Shown here one piece after another: positions 9,801 to 19,160 of a stretch of 64,000 nucleotides of DNA. Origin of the DNA: a virus; the IMG/VR virus record IMGVR_UViG_3300032770_000014, positions 29,617 to 93,616 of that record. One strand, given 5' to 3'. The translations under genes and the position numbers were made by a program. The notes below the pieces were generated by a model. That model saw nothing but the letters and a program-made list of their open reading frames with translations. It did not search any database and had not been told where the DNA came from. Positions within the stretch are counted from its first letter, which is position 1, and each line of letters begins with the position of its first letter.

Positions 9801-10171
9801 CCATCATGCAAGGAATCGCGCGAGAAGAGGGATTCTACGTTGAGGACAGCCGGTCCCTAAGGAACTTTAACCCCGGAAACCTCGACCTCGAACCATGGCT
9901 TGAGCGTCCCCCCTACAACGCCGTCCTTGAGACGATCCCACACGGCTACCACGAGACGCCGCGCTTTGCCAGCTTCCCGTCCGCTAACGCTGGCTGGAGC
10001 GCCATGCGCGACCTGCTCACGAAGGACTATATCGGCATGAACGTGGCCGCAGCAATGAACAAGTGGGCGCCGCCGAGCGACGGCAACGACACTTCAGCCT
10101 ACACGGAGACGATCTGCAAACTGTGCAGCGTCACGCCAGAGACGATCCTGACGGCTGAGTTGATCGGGTAG
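9797..10171 (+). CDS. Lysozyme-like protein (P5-like family), candidate endolysin
   Basis: RNFNPGNL...FASFPS..AGWSAM...KWAPPSDGNDTSAY motifs. Confidence 0.7.
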   Translation: MTIMQGIAREEGFYVEDSRSLRNFNPGNLDLEPWLERPPYNAVLETIPHGYHETPRFASFPSANAGWSAMRDLLTKDYIGMNVAAAMNKWAPPSDGNDTSAYTETICKLCSVTPETILTAELIG

Positions 10172-10231
10172 AGCTTCACTGCAAGGGGAAGAGAAAGGAG
10201 GCGGAGCAGAGCCGTACAAACCGCATTGCAC

Positions 10232-10260
10232 GCGAGGGCCGGAGCAATCCGGCCTTTCGC
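10232..10260. terminator. Hairpin between convergent gene blocks (probable terminator)
   Basis: GCGAGGGCCGGA-GCAA-TCCGGCCTTTCGC: GC stem with a GNRA loop at the +/- convergence. No long U-tract. Confidence 0.55.
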
Positions 10261-10270
10261 GTCGGTGGGG

Positions 10271-10633
10271 TCACTTCTTCGCCGGTTCTTCCTTCGATGT
10301 CACCGATGGCTGTAGCGGCTTTGCTACGCACGCCGGGTCGCCGCTTCCATCAAGCTGCGGTATAAGATTCTCGCCACACGCTTTCACTAGCTCTTGGATT
10401 ACGCCCTGAAGGGCAACAGACGTATCCTGTAGCTTTTTCTGTGCCGCCTGAAATTCGGCCTGCGCCTGCCGGTTCAGGTCATCAACCTTGAAATACTTGG
10501 CCTTCAATTCAAGGGAGATAGTGGGAGCTTCCGGAGCCTTCGCTGGCGGCGATGTAGGCGGCTGCTGTGCGGTTGCGGCGTAGGCAGCGAGGCAGAGCGC
10601 GGTGAGGGCGATGAGGCGGATGAACAACTTCAT
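10271..10633 (-). CDS. Exported coiled-coil protein
   Basis: Signal MKLFIRLIALTALCLAAYAATA|QQ; coiled coil; Cys pair. Confidence 0.6.
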   Translation of the reverse strand: MKLFIRLIALTALCLAAYAATAQQPPTSPPAKAPEAPTISLELKAKYFKVDDLNRQAQAEFQAAQKKLQDTSVALQGVIQELVKACGENLIPQLDGSGDPACVAKPLQPSVTSKEEPAKK

Positions 10634-11106
10634 TTCGATTTCTCCTTTTTGGATGGTTGATCTTGGTCTGAAAAGTACCAGTCTGCATCGCCTGTGATGT
10701 AGCCGCAGGGCATATCCTTCTTTGGCGATGCTGTGGTTTTCCTAGATGTGAGTATCTTATCGATCTCACACAAGTCTCTCTCATGAGCGTCTAGCTCCTT
10801 ACGGAAAGCATCGTATATCTGATCGCGGTTTGCGGACACTTCGTCGTATCGCCGCTGGAGATCAGCAATGTACGCCGCCACATCATCGAGGGTGCGACCT
10901 TCGGGTAAAGTGCATTTGGTCAAATCACCCCTCGCACAGATGATTAGCACGCCCCCATCTGAGGGCAATGCTGGACTGATGGTGGTGTAGTACGTTTCTA
11001 CTGATGGGAGAGGTGCCCGCGAGGAGCCGTCATAGGTTGTTGCTGGTACGCTCTGCCCCAGGACCGGCAACGCCGCGAGCAAAAGTGACGCGATGAGATG
11101 TTTCAT
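10630..11106 (-). CDS. Exported protein
   Basis: AAGGAG RBS; signal MKHLIASLLLAALPVLG|Q. Start taken at 11106. Confidence 0.6.
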   Translation of the reverse strand: MKHLIASLLLAALPVLGQSVPATTYDGSSRAPLPSVETYYTTISPALPSDGGVLIICARGDLTKCTLPEGRTLDDVAAYIADLQRRYDEVSANRDQIYDAFRKELDAHERDLCEIDKILTSRKTTASPKKDMPCGYITGDADWYFSDQDQPSKKEKSK

Positions 11107-11135
11107 GTTTCTCCTTCCCAGTCCTGGTCGCGGTT

Positions 11136-11537
11136 CTAGTCGTCGGTGGCCTTCATGCCGCGCTGCAAGTCGTCTAAGGCTGCACGCTCGCGAATAAGGA
11201 TTGCTGTGCCGTGCTGGCTCCATGTTGCGCGGACTCGCCCAACGCGAAATAACCACACAATATCTTTTTTGCGCTCTGCGATCTGGCGCTCCCGCTCCAC
11301 GGTGAAGAGGTAGGCGGCGTGGATAGCTTTCGCTCTTCCTTCAGGGCTATCATCCTCCTGCCATTCTTTAAAAGAATTGTCATGCCACTTGGCGTCTGCT
11401 GGCATGAGGAATATGCCGATATGAAATTGGTCAGTTCCATAGGAATCAAGATCACGAACCCACGTTCTGACGTATTTCCACCGCGCTTTTATGTACTTCC
11501 GCTCCTGCTGCTCGGTAAGTGGCTGCTGCTCAATCAT
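11136..11537 (-). CDS. Hypothetical protein
   Basis: Tightly packed ORF within the minus-strand operon. Confidence 0.5.
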   Translation of the reverse strand: MIEQQPLTEQQERKYIKARWKYVRTWVRDLDSYGTDQFHIGIFLMPADAKWHDNSFKEWQEDDSPEGRAKAIHAAYLFTVERERQIAERKKDIVWLFRVGRVRATWSQHGTAILIRERAALDDLQRGMKATDD

Positions 11538-11673
11538 CGTCTTTCCCTACCTTTCTTATAGCCGCCTTCAAGTCCTGAAGATAGCAGATAATCACGAACG
11601 CGAGTACGCCGCTCCATACAAATAGGAGCACGAACGAGCAAAAGATAACATTCGCCAATCTATCCAGCGTCAT
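11530..11673 (-). CDS. Small membrane protein
   Basis: MTLDRLAN... with a single TM segment; overlapping start/stop packing. Confidence 0.45.
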   Translation of the reverse strand: MTLDRLANVIFCSFVLLFVWSGVLAFVIICYLQDLKAAIRKVGKDDD

Positions 11674-12085
11674 GCTCGGCTCCCTTCGCTTGCACGGAAC
11701 GGGGGCTGTAAGAAGTGCGTGGATTACAGCAATTTGCCGCATTAATGGAATCCACGATAGACTGCGGATCGTTCTCTTCATACCATTTGCGATCTCGCTC
11801 CTGTTCGACTTCTTGGAATCCGCCAGATTCCCCTAAAAATTTTTCGCCTCGTGGTTGGTCATCACCCTCTATCACATCTTTCTCGCTGACCGGCGCTTTC
11901 AGCCGCGCGTTCTCAGCCTCTAGCTCGGTGATGCGCAACCGTAAATCAGCGATGCCCTTGGTATGTTCGATAAGTTCGCCTATCTCTTCATGGTTAATTC
12001 TTATCGAAACACACTCATCTTCACGAGCAAACTTACTCCTCAATTCAAGGGCTTCCAAGATAGTCTCAATCGGCGTCTCAGTCAT
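11660..12085 (-). CDS. Hypothetical coiled-coil protein
   Basis: RBS before MTETPIET; LRITELEAENARLK heptads. Confidence 0.5.
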   Translation of the reverse strand: MTETPIETILEALELRSKFAREDECVSIRINHEEIGELIEHTKGIADLRLRITELEAENARLKAPVSEKDVIEGDDQPRGEKFLGESGGFQEVEQERDRKWYEENDPQSIVDSINAANCCNPRTSYSPRSVQAKGAEHDAG

Positions 12086-12266
12086 GCTTCCCTTCCTTCT
12101 GCTTCTGGATGTTCCGCCATGCGTCGGCCCATGCTTGTCGATCCTGTCGATTGTATCCAACGCGTTCGCCTAAGAGCCTACCACCGGAAAACACACAGAT
12201 GGATCGAATGCTATATTCAAGACGGGCATCCGGGTAGACCTGCTTCACTCTCTGCTCTGAAGTCAC
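12078..12266 (-). CDS. Hypothetical protein
   Basis: MTSEQRVKQVYPDA...AWADAW small phage-type ORF with coupled start/stop. Confidence 0.5.
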   Translation of the reverse strand: MTSEQRVKQVYPDARLEYSIRSICVFSGGRLLGERVGYNRQDRQAWADAWRNIQKQKEGKHD

Positions 12267-12703
12267 TTCCGTTCTCCCTTCTGCCCTAGCAGGCGAGTGC
12301 TAACCCTAGCAATCTCTGCTGCTATCCACGCTGGTGATTCTTTTCGCAGCCGCTCATCGTAGTGGCGCAGAGCGGCGAGCATCCCCGCTTCACCACTGCG
12401 TCCGGATGGGCCAATCTGCTGCTCAAAAGTATCCAGACACTCGCTCACCATATCCTGCTCGATCACGCGATGCAAAAAAGCAGGCGCGACGAGCGGCTCA
12501 GCGGGCGATTCATACTTTTTACGCGCTTCGCCAAAAGTGCGCGGCTCGGTAGCGAGCGCGGTCTGGCTGCATAGCTCTAAATCTTTAATTCGTTTCGCAA
12601 GGTTGATTACCGCCCCTGCGATAATCTCTGGCTCATTTGTATGGTTAAGTATTTCCCTCACCACATCCAAGTCGCCATACATCACTTCACTGAGTTGACT
12701 CAT
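12263..12703 (-). CDS. Hypothetical protein
   Basis: Coupled ORF within the operon. Confidence 0.5.
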   Translation of the reverse strand: MSQLSEVMYGDLDVVREILNHTNEPEIIAGAVINLAKRIKDLELCSQTALATEPRTFGEARKKYESPAEPLVAPAFLHRVIEQDMVSECLDTFEQQIGPSGRSGEAGMLAALRHYDERLRKESPAWIAAEIARVSTRLLGQKGERK

Positions 12704-12704
12704 A

Positions 12705-12875
12705 TTATTTTCCCTTCTCCACCAGCCTCTCGCCGTCCCACACCAGCCGCCGTTCCGCTGCTACCTCGCCATACTTCGTGCTCCGCCGCTCCCACGTCAC
12801 TCGACTTACCCTGCACCGGCAGACCTCAACGCCGTCGATCACGCGCGGGGCCTGGTTGCAGATGGGGCAGGTCAC
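12705..12875 (-). CDS. Small Cys-containing protein (56 aa)
   Basis: GTG start overlapping the upstream stop; CPIC...CRC; fills the gap. Confidence 0.45.
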   Translation of the reverse strand: MTCPICNQAPRVIDGVEVCRCRVSRVTWERRSTKYGEVAAERRLVWDGERLVEKGK

Positions 12876-13171
12876 TTCAACGCCTCAGAGATTTCTTCTC
12901 GCATGATTTCGCGTATTACTTCTTCCAGTGTCGGTGGAATAACTGGCGCGGTTTCTTTTGGTAAACCAAAACTGCCGGGGTGCATGATACCCATCGCTAC
13001 AATGCACTCCTCGCACCAGTGCCGCGTGGGAATCGCCGCGTCAACCCACCCATCCCGGCTCCATGACGCCCCTATTCTCACTGTGATAGGTTTCAAGAAC
13101 CTGTCATTATCAACTGCCGACTTGCCGCATCGATCACATGTGTACGTTGTTGTTTTTGCCATCACGTTCAC
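12872..13171 (-). CDS. Zn-finger protein
   Basis: CDRC...CEEC. Confidence 0.55.
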   Translation of the reverse strand: MNVMAKTTTYTCDRCGKSAVDNDRFLKPITVRIGASWSRDGWVDAAIPTRHWCEECIVAMGIMHPGSFGLPKETAPVIPPTLEEVIREIMREEISEALK

Positions 13172-13485
13172 TCTCCTCTCTGCTCCCTGTCAGATGGTCT
13201 TACCTTCTCCCGCCCCCCTGTCCCCTCTGCCTCTTCTGCCTCGTCCTCATCTTCTTCCTCATCCTCGCCCTCTCCCTCCTCCTCTTCCTCGCCTCCATGA
13301 AACTCGTCGCAGCAATCCTGCCCACAGAACACGTTCCCTTCCTCGTCCCACACCACCATAGCCTCGTCCCAGAATTCGTCCTCGGGGGGGTCATATCCGT
13401 TGTAGCCACCACTACCATTAGGCAAGGCAGGATAGGCCCGGCCGATCGCATCGCCGCAGTTCGAGCATTCAATCAACTGGCTCAT
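13168..13485 (-). CDS. Acidic Zn-finger protein
   Basis: MSQLIECSNC...FCGQDCC followed by a poly-Glu tail. Confidence 0.5.
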   Translation of the reverse strand: MSQLIECSNCGDAIGRAYPALPNGSGGYNGYDPPEDEFWDEAMVVWDEEGNVFCGQDCCDEFHGGEEEEEGEGEDEEEDEDEAEEAEGTGGREKVRPSDREQRGE

Positions 13486-13937
13486 AGGATCTCTCCGGCG
13501 GAGGCCGCTGCTTGCTGCGCATGCTTCTGGGTTAGATCGTCCACAGTGGCCAGTGCGCGCTCGGTAAAGGTGACGTCCTGCCCCAGCTCCCTTCCCGGCT
13601 CCCGCTCCCCCTCCTTCCCGCATCCCCTTGCCTGCAAACTAGCCGCGTCCTCGATCATCACCTGGGCGCCATCCAGCGAGCGGAACTCCAGCTCGGCCAC
13701 CGGCACGATCTCATAGCGATCCGGCTTGTAGGTCCAGCCCCAGAGAGCGATCATCTCGGCGTTCTTTCTCTCCCACGACTCTTTCCGCGCCCGCTCGCGC
13801 CGACCGATCGCCTTCTCAGCATCCTCGCGCGACAACCACAACCCCACCAGCTGCGCGTCTGCCTCTTCGATCTCCCCACGCTCGTCGCGCTCGATCTCAA
13901 CCGTGCAGACGGCGTAACATGCGAAGTTAAATCTCAT
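13482..13937 (-). CDS. Hypothetical protein
   Basis: Coupled ORF within the operon. Confidence 0.5.
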   Translation of the reverse strand: MRFNFACYAVCTVEIERDERGEIEEADAQLVGLWLSREDAEKAIGRRERARKESWERKNAEMIALWGWTYKPDRYEIVPVAELEFRSLDGAQVMIEDAASLQARGCGKEGEREPGRELGQDVTFTERALATVDDLTQKHAQQAAASAGEIL

Positions 13938-14197
13938 GACCGCGACCTCCCCCCTCCCTCACGTCCGCCTCCAGTTCCTCCTCTACTTCCCCCTCTACCC
14001 TTCCTGCTCGCCAGCGCCTCTCGGACCAGCACCCGGATCGTCGCCAGGACCGTCCGGTCCTCTGCCGCAGCCAGCCGCTCGATCTCTGTCATGGTCTCGG
14101 CGTCGAAATATACGTGGGCGTCGCGCTTGGGTTCAGACTTGCTGTCAGCCCCCTCAGCCCTCCCTTGCTTGCTCTCGCTCCTGCTTCCTGTCTTCAT
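13934..14197 (-). CDS. Ribbon-helix-helix (Arc/CopG-like) regulator
   Basis: AHVYFDAETMTEIERLAAAEDRTVLATIRVLVREAL fits the RHH pattern. Confidence 0.7.
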   Translation of the reverse strand: MKTGSRSESKQGRAEGADSKSEPKRDAHVYFDAETMTEIERLAAAEDRTVLATIRVLVREALASRKGRGGSRGGTGGGREGGGRSRS

Positions 14198-14203
14198 AAG
14201 CCA

Positions 14204-14231
14204 ATACTAGACCTTTCTTTAGGATTGTCAA
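14204..14231 (-). promoter_or_regulatory. Sigma70-type promoter, probably leaderless
   Basis: TTGACA-16 nt-TAGTAT, with ATG (14197) 6 nt downstream. Confidence 0.6.
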
Positions 14232-14245
14232 GGATAAAATGGGAA

Positions 14246-17200
14246 TTATCTTTTCAGGTCCACTTCTGCCATCTCGGCCCAGTTCTTGCCCACGGCGCAA
14301 TCGACCCCGATCCACAATCCCCCTGGCGCCGCCGGGCCGCGCAATACCTTGCTGGGAGACTCCAGAATCGGCCGTACCCGCGCCAAGTGTTCCTCCAGCA
14401 GCGCCTCGTCGAAGTGGAACAGGAAACTGTCGTGAATGTTATCGCAGAGCCCGTACCTGTCCACTAGCCCTTCCCGGTCCAGCTCCTTCATCTTCTCTCT
14501 GATATGCCCGAACGCGATATTGCTCAACCAGAACGAAATGGCCTCCTCGCCTTGATCGCCGTGGCCCCACTCCGACTTCCTAGCGTCCCAGCGGAACACC
14601 TCGTAGTAATGCCGCAAGTGTCCAAACTCGGTCTGTAGGAAGTTCTGCTTATGAGCTAACTCCTGTACCCACTCCTGCCACGCAAACACCTTGGGGAAAA
14701 CCTCCTTATAAGATTCCAGAATGGATGTCGCCTCGAAGAGTCCAGAGAAAAATTCTATATACCTCGTATACAATCCGTTGTCCTTGAGCCCGTTGCCTAT
14801 TCCCAAGCCGGCGTGCTTGACCTTGGAGTCGCGTATCTCCCTGAACTTCTCATTCGACTTCAGCCACTTGCATCGCTCCTTCAGTTCCTCATCGGACTCG
14901 TGTAGGATTTCTTGCACACGCCACAACTTCAGGAAGTGCCCGGTCATGATGCTGTGCATGTCGATGCGTGCGAGGCGGATATAATTCGGGTCGTTGGCGA
15001 GGTAACCCAGGGTCAGGACGTGGCAGGACTTGAAATCCCATTCGCTCAGGAGTTTCCCCGGCTCGGCTGCGATCATGGATCGCGTAGCCTTGGCCAGCCG
15101 CCCATGCTTGGGAAAGTTCTGAATGTTGGGATTGCGACTGCTCAACTGTCCAATAGCTGTGGCAAACGTGAAAGTCGTATGCACTCGACCATCTGCGTGC
15201 GGCCTGAACCCTTCCACGTAAGTTCCCTTGGCCTTTCCAATTTCACGGCACTCGATCACCTTGACGTAGAAATTGTCCTTATAGCGCGCAGATAACCGCA
15301 TCAACTCCTTCTTCCCGGTCGTCTTCTTGCCATCCTTGGACTGAGGGATCTTGTGCCGTCGAGCGGTCATGTAGGCCATCAATTGAGGAGATGAGTTGGG
15401 CGAGAACTCGTAGACCCGGCACCAGCGGCGGTCAGTCGAACCAGTCGAGCCCTCCGAGCCCTCCGAGAACGGACGGAGGTCGTAGAAGTACCTCTCGCCC
15501 TCTTCCAGTTCGCCGTCCTCGTTCTTGGTCGGCGGCTCTTGGAACCGCTCCTGCCTGACTTGGGTCAGCTCGTTCTCCGTGATGGCCTGCCAGCGAGCCA
15601 GCTTCCCTGCCCTCTCTGCCTTCTCGCGCTGGGCCTTGGTCAGGGGCCTCTCTGTAGGCCCAGTGGCAGGAAGGGGCAATTCCGGGGCAGCAATGACCCT
15701 CTCCAGCACCTCCTTCAGCCCCGCAGGGACCGTCTTGTACCCGCCCTTGGGATGGATCTTCCGGGCCTCGTCAGGGAACTTCTGGTCCAGCTCCGCCCTG
15801 GCCTCCCGCTCCGCCTGCTCGAACTCTGCCCCCAACGCCATTCGCTTCTGGTCGTTTATCGGCAACCCCTGATCCTCCATCTTCGCCAAGATTGGCCGTA
15901 CCTGCTCGACCTGAGCGACATAACCAGCTGACTGCCGACCGGGAACCGAGTCCCACCAAATCTTGCGGTCCTCCATCGTCTTGCGCGTGGTCCGGTAAAC
16001 GCGCAAGGAAGCGTCCGTATCCACAATTCCATAGAATTCCAGACACTGATCGTTGTAGTGCTTCCACGGAAAGGGGAACGAGGAGAAGGAGGCCGAGAAC
16101 TGAAGGTGGGCTGGCAGGTCCGGCTGTGCGAAGTGGTGCTGCTGGAGGGTATCATGGACCGTACCAGTAGGCAGGAAATAAGAGGGATCTGAGAAGTCAC
16201 GCTCCCCGACCGCGCGCAAGACCTTCTGGTCGAACAGCCAGTAGTTATGACCGCACTTGGGCAGCGATAGTCGCAGCAGCCACCTCGTCGCTGCAATCCC
16301 GTCCTGGTCCCACTGCAAGGCAATCCCTTGACCCGGCTCGATCGAGAACTGACTCAGCCTGACTTGCGTGTCCGTGAACCCGTCCGTCGCGTCCTCGTCC
16401 AAGGAGGCCGATTCGTAGGTCTCGATGTCATGGCTCAGGCACAGGTACGACCTCTCCCGTTCGTCAGGGCTCAGGGCCAGCCAGGCGTCCGACCGCGCTT
16501 TGACGTCCCGGCAGAACAGGTCGATCTCGCGGCGGGTCGGGTGGAGCTGGTAGCGGAGGGAGTGACGCCGGAGCCAGCAGGTTAAGTCAGCCTGCACTTG
16601 CTGCTTCCGCTTCTGCTCCCAGTCCGAGTAGTTCGCGTCCCAAGCATCCGGGTTATCCACTGGATCATAAGGACCGTCGTAGTTCTTCAGTGAGAGGTCC
16701 GGCAGGTCCAGTATGAACTGCTGATCCCTCCCCGCCGCCACGTTCACGGCCCGAGCGATATCCCTGGCCAGCACCCCCGTAAGGTGAATGGCGCCGCGGC
16801 GGAGGAAAGCTGGGTGGTAAGTTGGGACAACCAGCAGGGGGTCGGCCTCGTGGTCCCTCCCGGCTGCCTGCTCGTAGACCTCCAGCGCGCGTAAGACATA
16901 TCCCCGGAGATGCCCTACCCCTCGGTGCTCTCCTGACAGCCCGGTCATTGTCCGCGTCGGCACGTTCCCCAGAGTCAGCACGACCTTGGGCTTGAACTTT
17001 CTCAAGAAATCCAATACGTTCTGTTCGCAATGCTGGATCGCCTCGTACTCGTAGCTGGCTCCATCGAGCGCGTTCCCAAAGGGGCGGCAGAAGATTGTGT
17101 TGGCGATAGCGAACTGGTCGCGAGCCAGCCCTATCCGGCGGATAGTACGTTCGAGCACCGATCCGCTGGCTGCGTATGGCCGGAAGGGGAGCTGGTCGCG

Positions 17201-17338
17201 GGCTTCGTTTTCTCCGCTGGCCTCCCCCAAGATGGCTACCTTGAGTGTGCCAAATCCTTCAGGAGAGAGGAAATCGGAGCCAGCGGACTCCAGCGGACAG
17301 CCGTAGCACGTGAGACATTCTTTCTTCCGAGGGGTCAT
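14246..17338 (-). CDS. polA: Family A DNA polymerase with N-terminal family-4 uracil-DNA-glycosylase domain and 3'-5' exonuclease
   Basis: UDG: GEASGENE..PF, CRP, TYHPAF and Fe-S-type Cys. Exo: HDIET, GHNY.FD, YGIVD. Pol: GQLSSRNPNIQN, motif A WDFKSCH, motif C IHDS. Confidence 0.92.
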   Translation of the reverse strand: MTPRKKECLTCYGCPLESAGSDFLSPEGFGTLKVAILGEASGENEARDQLPFRPYAASGSVLERTIRRIGLARDQFAIANTIFCRPFGNALDGASYEYEAIQHCEQNVLDFLRKFKPKVVLTLGNVPTRTMTGLSGEHRGVGHLRGYVLRALEVYEQAAGRDHEADPLLVVPTYHPAFLRRGAIHLTGVLARDIARAVNVAAGRDQQFILDLPDLSLKNYDGPYDPVDNPDAWDANYSDWEQKRKQQVQADLTCWLRRHSLRYQLHPTRREIDLFCRDVKARSDAWLALSPDERERSYLCLSHDIETYESASLDEDATDGFTDTQVRLSQFSIEPGQGIALQWDQDGIAATRWLLRLSLPKCGHNYWLFDQKVLRAVGERDFSDPSYFLPTGTVHDTLQQHHFAQPDLPAHLQFSASFSSFPFPWKHYNDQCLEFYGIVDTDASLRVYRTTRKTMEDRKIWWDSVPGRQSAGYVAQVEQVRPILAKMEDQGLPINDQKRMALGAEFEQAEREARAELDQKFPDEARKIHPKGGYKTVPAGLKEVLERVIAAPELPLPATGPTERPLTKAQREKAERAGKLARWQAITENELTQVRQERFQEPPTKNEDGELEEGERYFYDLRPFSEGSEGSTGSTDRRWCRVYEFSPNSSPQLMAYMTARRHKIPQSKDGKKTTGKKELMRLSARYKDNFYVKVIECREIGKAKGTYVEGFRPHADGRVHTTFTFATAIGQLSSRNPNIQNFPKHGRLAKATRSMIAAEPGKLLSEWDFKSCHVLTLGYLANDPNYIRLARIDMHSIMTGHFLKLWRVQEILHESDEELKERCKWLKSNEKFREIRDSKVKHAGLGIGNGLKDNGLYTRYIEFFSGLFEATSILESYKEVFPKVFAWQEWVQELAHKQNFLQTEFGHLRHYYEVFRWDARKSEWGHGDQGEEAISFWLSNIAFGHIREKMKELDREGLVDRYGLCDNIHDSFLFHFDEALLEEHLARVRPILESPSKVLRGPAAPGGLWIGVDCAVGKNWAEMAEVDLKR

Positions 17339-17339
17339 C

Positions 17340-18908
17340 TTAGAGCCACCTCAACGCCAACGGGTCAACCTTGCATCTCTCCGCCAGCATGTCCATCGGC
17401 CCCACGAGCCGCAACCCTTCCAGACTCCTGGCACGACTAAGCGCGACATATAGCATAGCGTGCTGCCGGGCGAACATCCACCCACGGAAATCGACCTGCA
17501 CCCGGTCCAGACTCAGCCCCTGCGCGCGATGAACCGTACTCGCATAGGCCAGCCTCAGCGGGAAATACTCGATCTGGCCTACCACCCATCTCCGCTTTGA
17601 CTTACGGTAGTAGGGCTGGGCTAGGAATCTCCCGTCCCCCTCGCCTCCCTGATCGATCCACGCCCCGTTGTACCAGTCCGGCTTGTCCCCGAAGTCCATT
17701 GCGCGAACCAAGCTCTCTACTCCCACGACCTCTCCGGTGCGCACCAGCTCGACCAGCACAGTCGGCGCCATGCCACCTTCCCGGCTTGACTGAATCCCCC
17801 GGACCCATCCACAATCCCCATTCGCGTAGACGATCTGCCGGTCCTCGTACTTGTTGGCCAGGATCATCACGTAGCAGCCCTCACGCAAGATGGTCCGCTC
17901 GGGGATGATCTGCCACTCTTTCCTGATCCTTCCTCCTGCGGCCCAGCGGCGGCTCGGCAACTGGATCAGCCTCCCCCGCTCCCGGTCCAGCCTCAGTTGG
18001 TTGATCCGGTCCACCTCGTCGTTCTTGCCCACGATCGTTGTCCCGCGAAACTCGTTATCGACGAAGCTCTCAAACCTCTGGCCGCAGGACTGGAACACCT
18101 GCAGGCAGTCCTGCCCCCGGCCGGCGCGCGCGAAGTTCAGCGCGGCCAGAAATCTCTGATCGGCTTGGCGCCAGACCTTGGTCAGGCGGGTCTCGTTCTT
18201 GGCGAAGCGGTCCCAGAACTGGGAGAGGAAGGCCCACGGGATAGGCTGGGCAGCACGGCGTCGGCCTCCGTTCGTGCTCCCCGCTGGCCGATCTGCGATT
18301 GCCGGCAGCTGCATGAAATCTCCAACCAGAATCAGTCCTACCGGCCTAGCTCCATCCTCGGCCCGGTGTAGGTTTACGTCGTCGAACACCCGAACCAGCA
18401 GGTCCAGTGTCTCCCTCGAAACCATTGAGCACTCGTCGAGCACGACATTCCGGTATCCCTCTTCAGCCAGCTTCTTCAGCCGACGTTGCGCCGTCCCCTG
18501 AATATAGGCGTCGCGCAGGGAGTCGGTGTCGAAGAATCCCAGCAGGGAGTGGATCGTGATCGTGTTCAGGTTAACGGCTGAGATCCCGGTCGAAGAGGAA
18601 AGTGCTGCATAGCGAGGGTCCGAGGCACAGCGTTCGCGGCACAGGAAAGTCTTCCCACTCCCGGCGATCCCGGTCACGAAAGCGCAGGGGGTGGGGGCGT
18701 CGGAATCAAGCGGGATGTCGTGCAGGGAAGAGAGAGACTCGGCAAGACCGGCTTCGTCGGCGACTTGGCTGTGCTGCAGGTGGCCGGTGGAGATTTCCAG
18801 CTGGTCGAGAAAGGCGTCGGCGGCAGCGGCAGCAGAAGCAGCGGCGGAGGCCGGTTCCACAATCTCGTCATTGGTCTTGGTCTTGGTCTCGGTCTCGGTC
18901 TCGCTCAT
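17340..18908 (-). CDS. Pif1/RecD-like SF1B helicase
   Basis: GIAGSGKT, DECSM, GDFMQLP, KVWRQ, LAYASTVHRAQG, YVALSR. Confidence 0.9.
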   Translation of the reverse strand: MSETETETKTKTNDEIVEPASAAASAAAAADAFLDQLEISTGHLQHSQVADEAGLAESLSSLHDIPLDSDAPTPCAFVTGIAGSGKTFLCRERCASDPRYAALSSSTGISAVNLNTITIHSLLGFFDTDSLRDAYIQGTAQRRLKKLAEEGYRNVVLDECSMVSRETLDLLVRVFDDVNLHRAEDGARPVGLILVGDFMQLPAIADRPAGSTNGGRRRAAQPIPWAFLSQFWDRFAKNETRLTKVWRQADQRFLAALNFARAGRGQDCLQVFQSCGQRFESFVDNEFRGTTIVGKNDEVDRINQLRLDRERGRLIQLPSRRWAAGGRIRKEWQIIPERTILREGCYVMILANKYEDRQIVYANGDCGWVRGIQSSREGGMAPTVLVELVRTGEVVGVESLVRAMDFGDKPDWYNGAWIDQGGEGDGRFLAQPYYRKSKRRWVVGQIEYFPLRLAYASTVHRAQGLSLDRVQVDFRGWMFARQHAMLYVALSRARSLEGLRLVGPMDMLAERCKVDPLALRWL

Positions 18909-19140
18909 CCCTCTCCCCCTTCTCTACCTTCCCCGCCTCCGCGCGCCTGACCCACCTCAACTCGAATCCTAGTCCCGCGGCGACCTTCTGGTTGATCGGC
19001 TCCGTTCCTGACTTGATCGCACGGAGGCGGCCAGCCTCCACGCCCAGCCGCCTTGCCAGCCGCGCACCGTTCCCATAGCCGAGCATCCGCCGGTCGAGTT
19101 CTTGGAGGACCAGATCGGGATTGACGGGACGGAGAGACAT
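18868..19140 (-). CDS. HTH DNA-binding protein
   Basis: ARLARRLGVEAGRLRAIKSG XRE-like helix-turn-helix. Confidence 0.55.
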   Translation of the reverse strand: MSLRPVNPDLVLQELDRRMLGYGNGARLARRLGVEAGRLRAIKSGTEPINQKVAAGLGFELRWVRRAEAGKVEKGERDERDRDRDQDQDQ

Positions 19141-19160
19141 GACAACCGAATCAGATTGAA

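Noticed and set aside
14246-17338. Z-genome (DpoZ) or other base-substitution system
   Set aside because: No purZ, datZ, mazZ or queuosine-pathway genes were recognised in this window. It cannot be excluded elsewhere in the genome.
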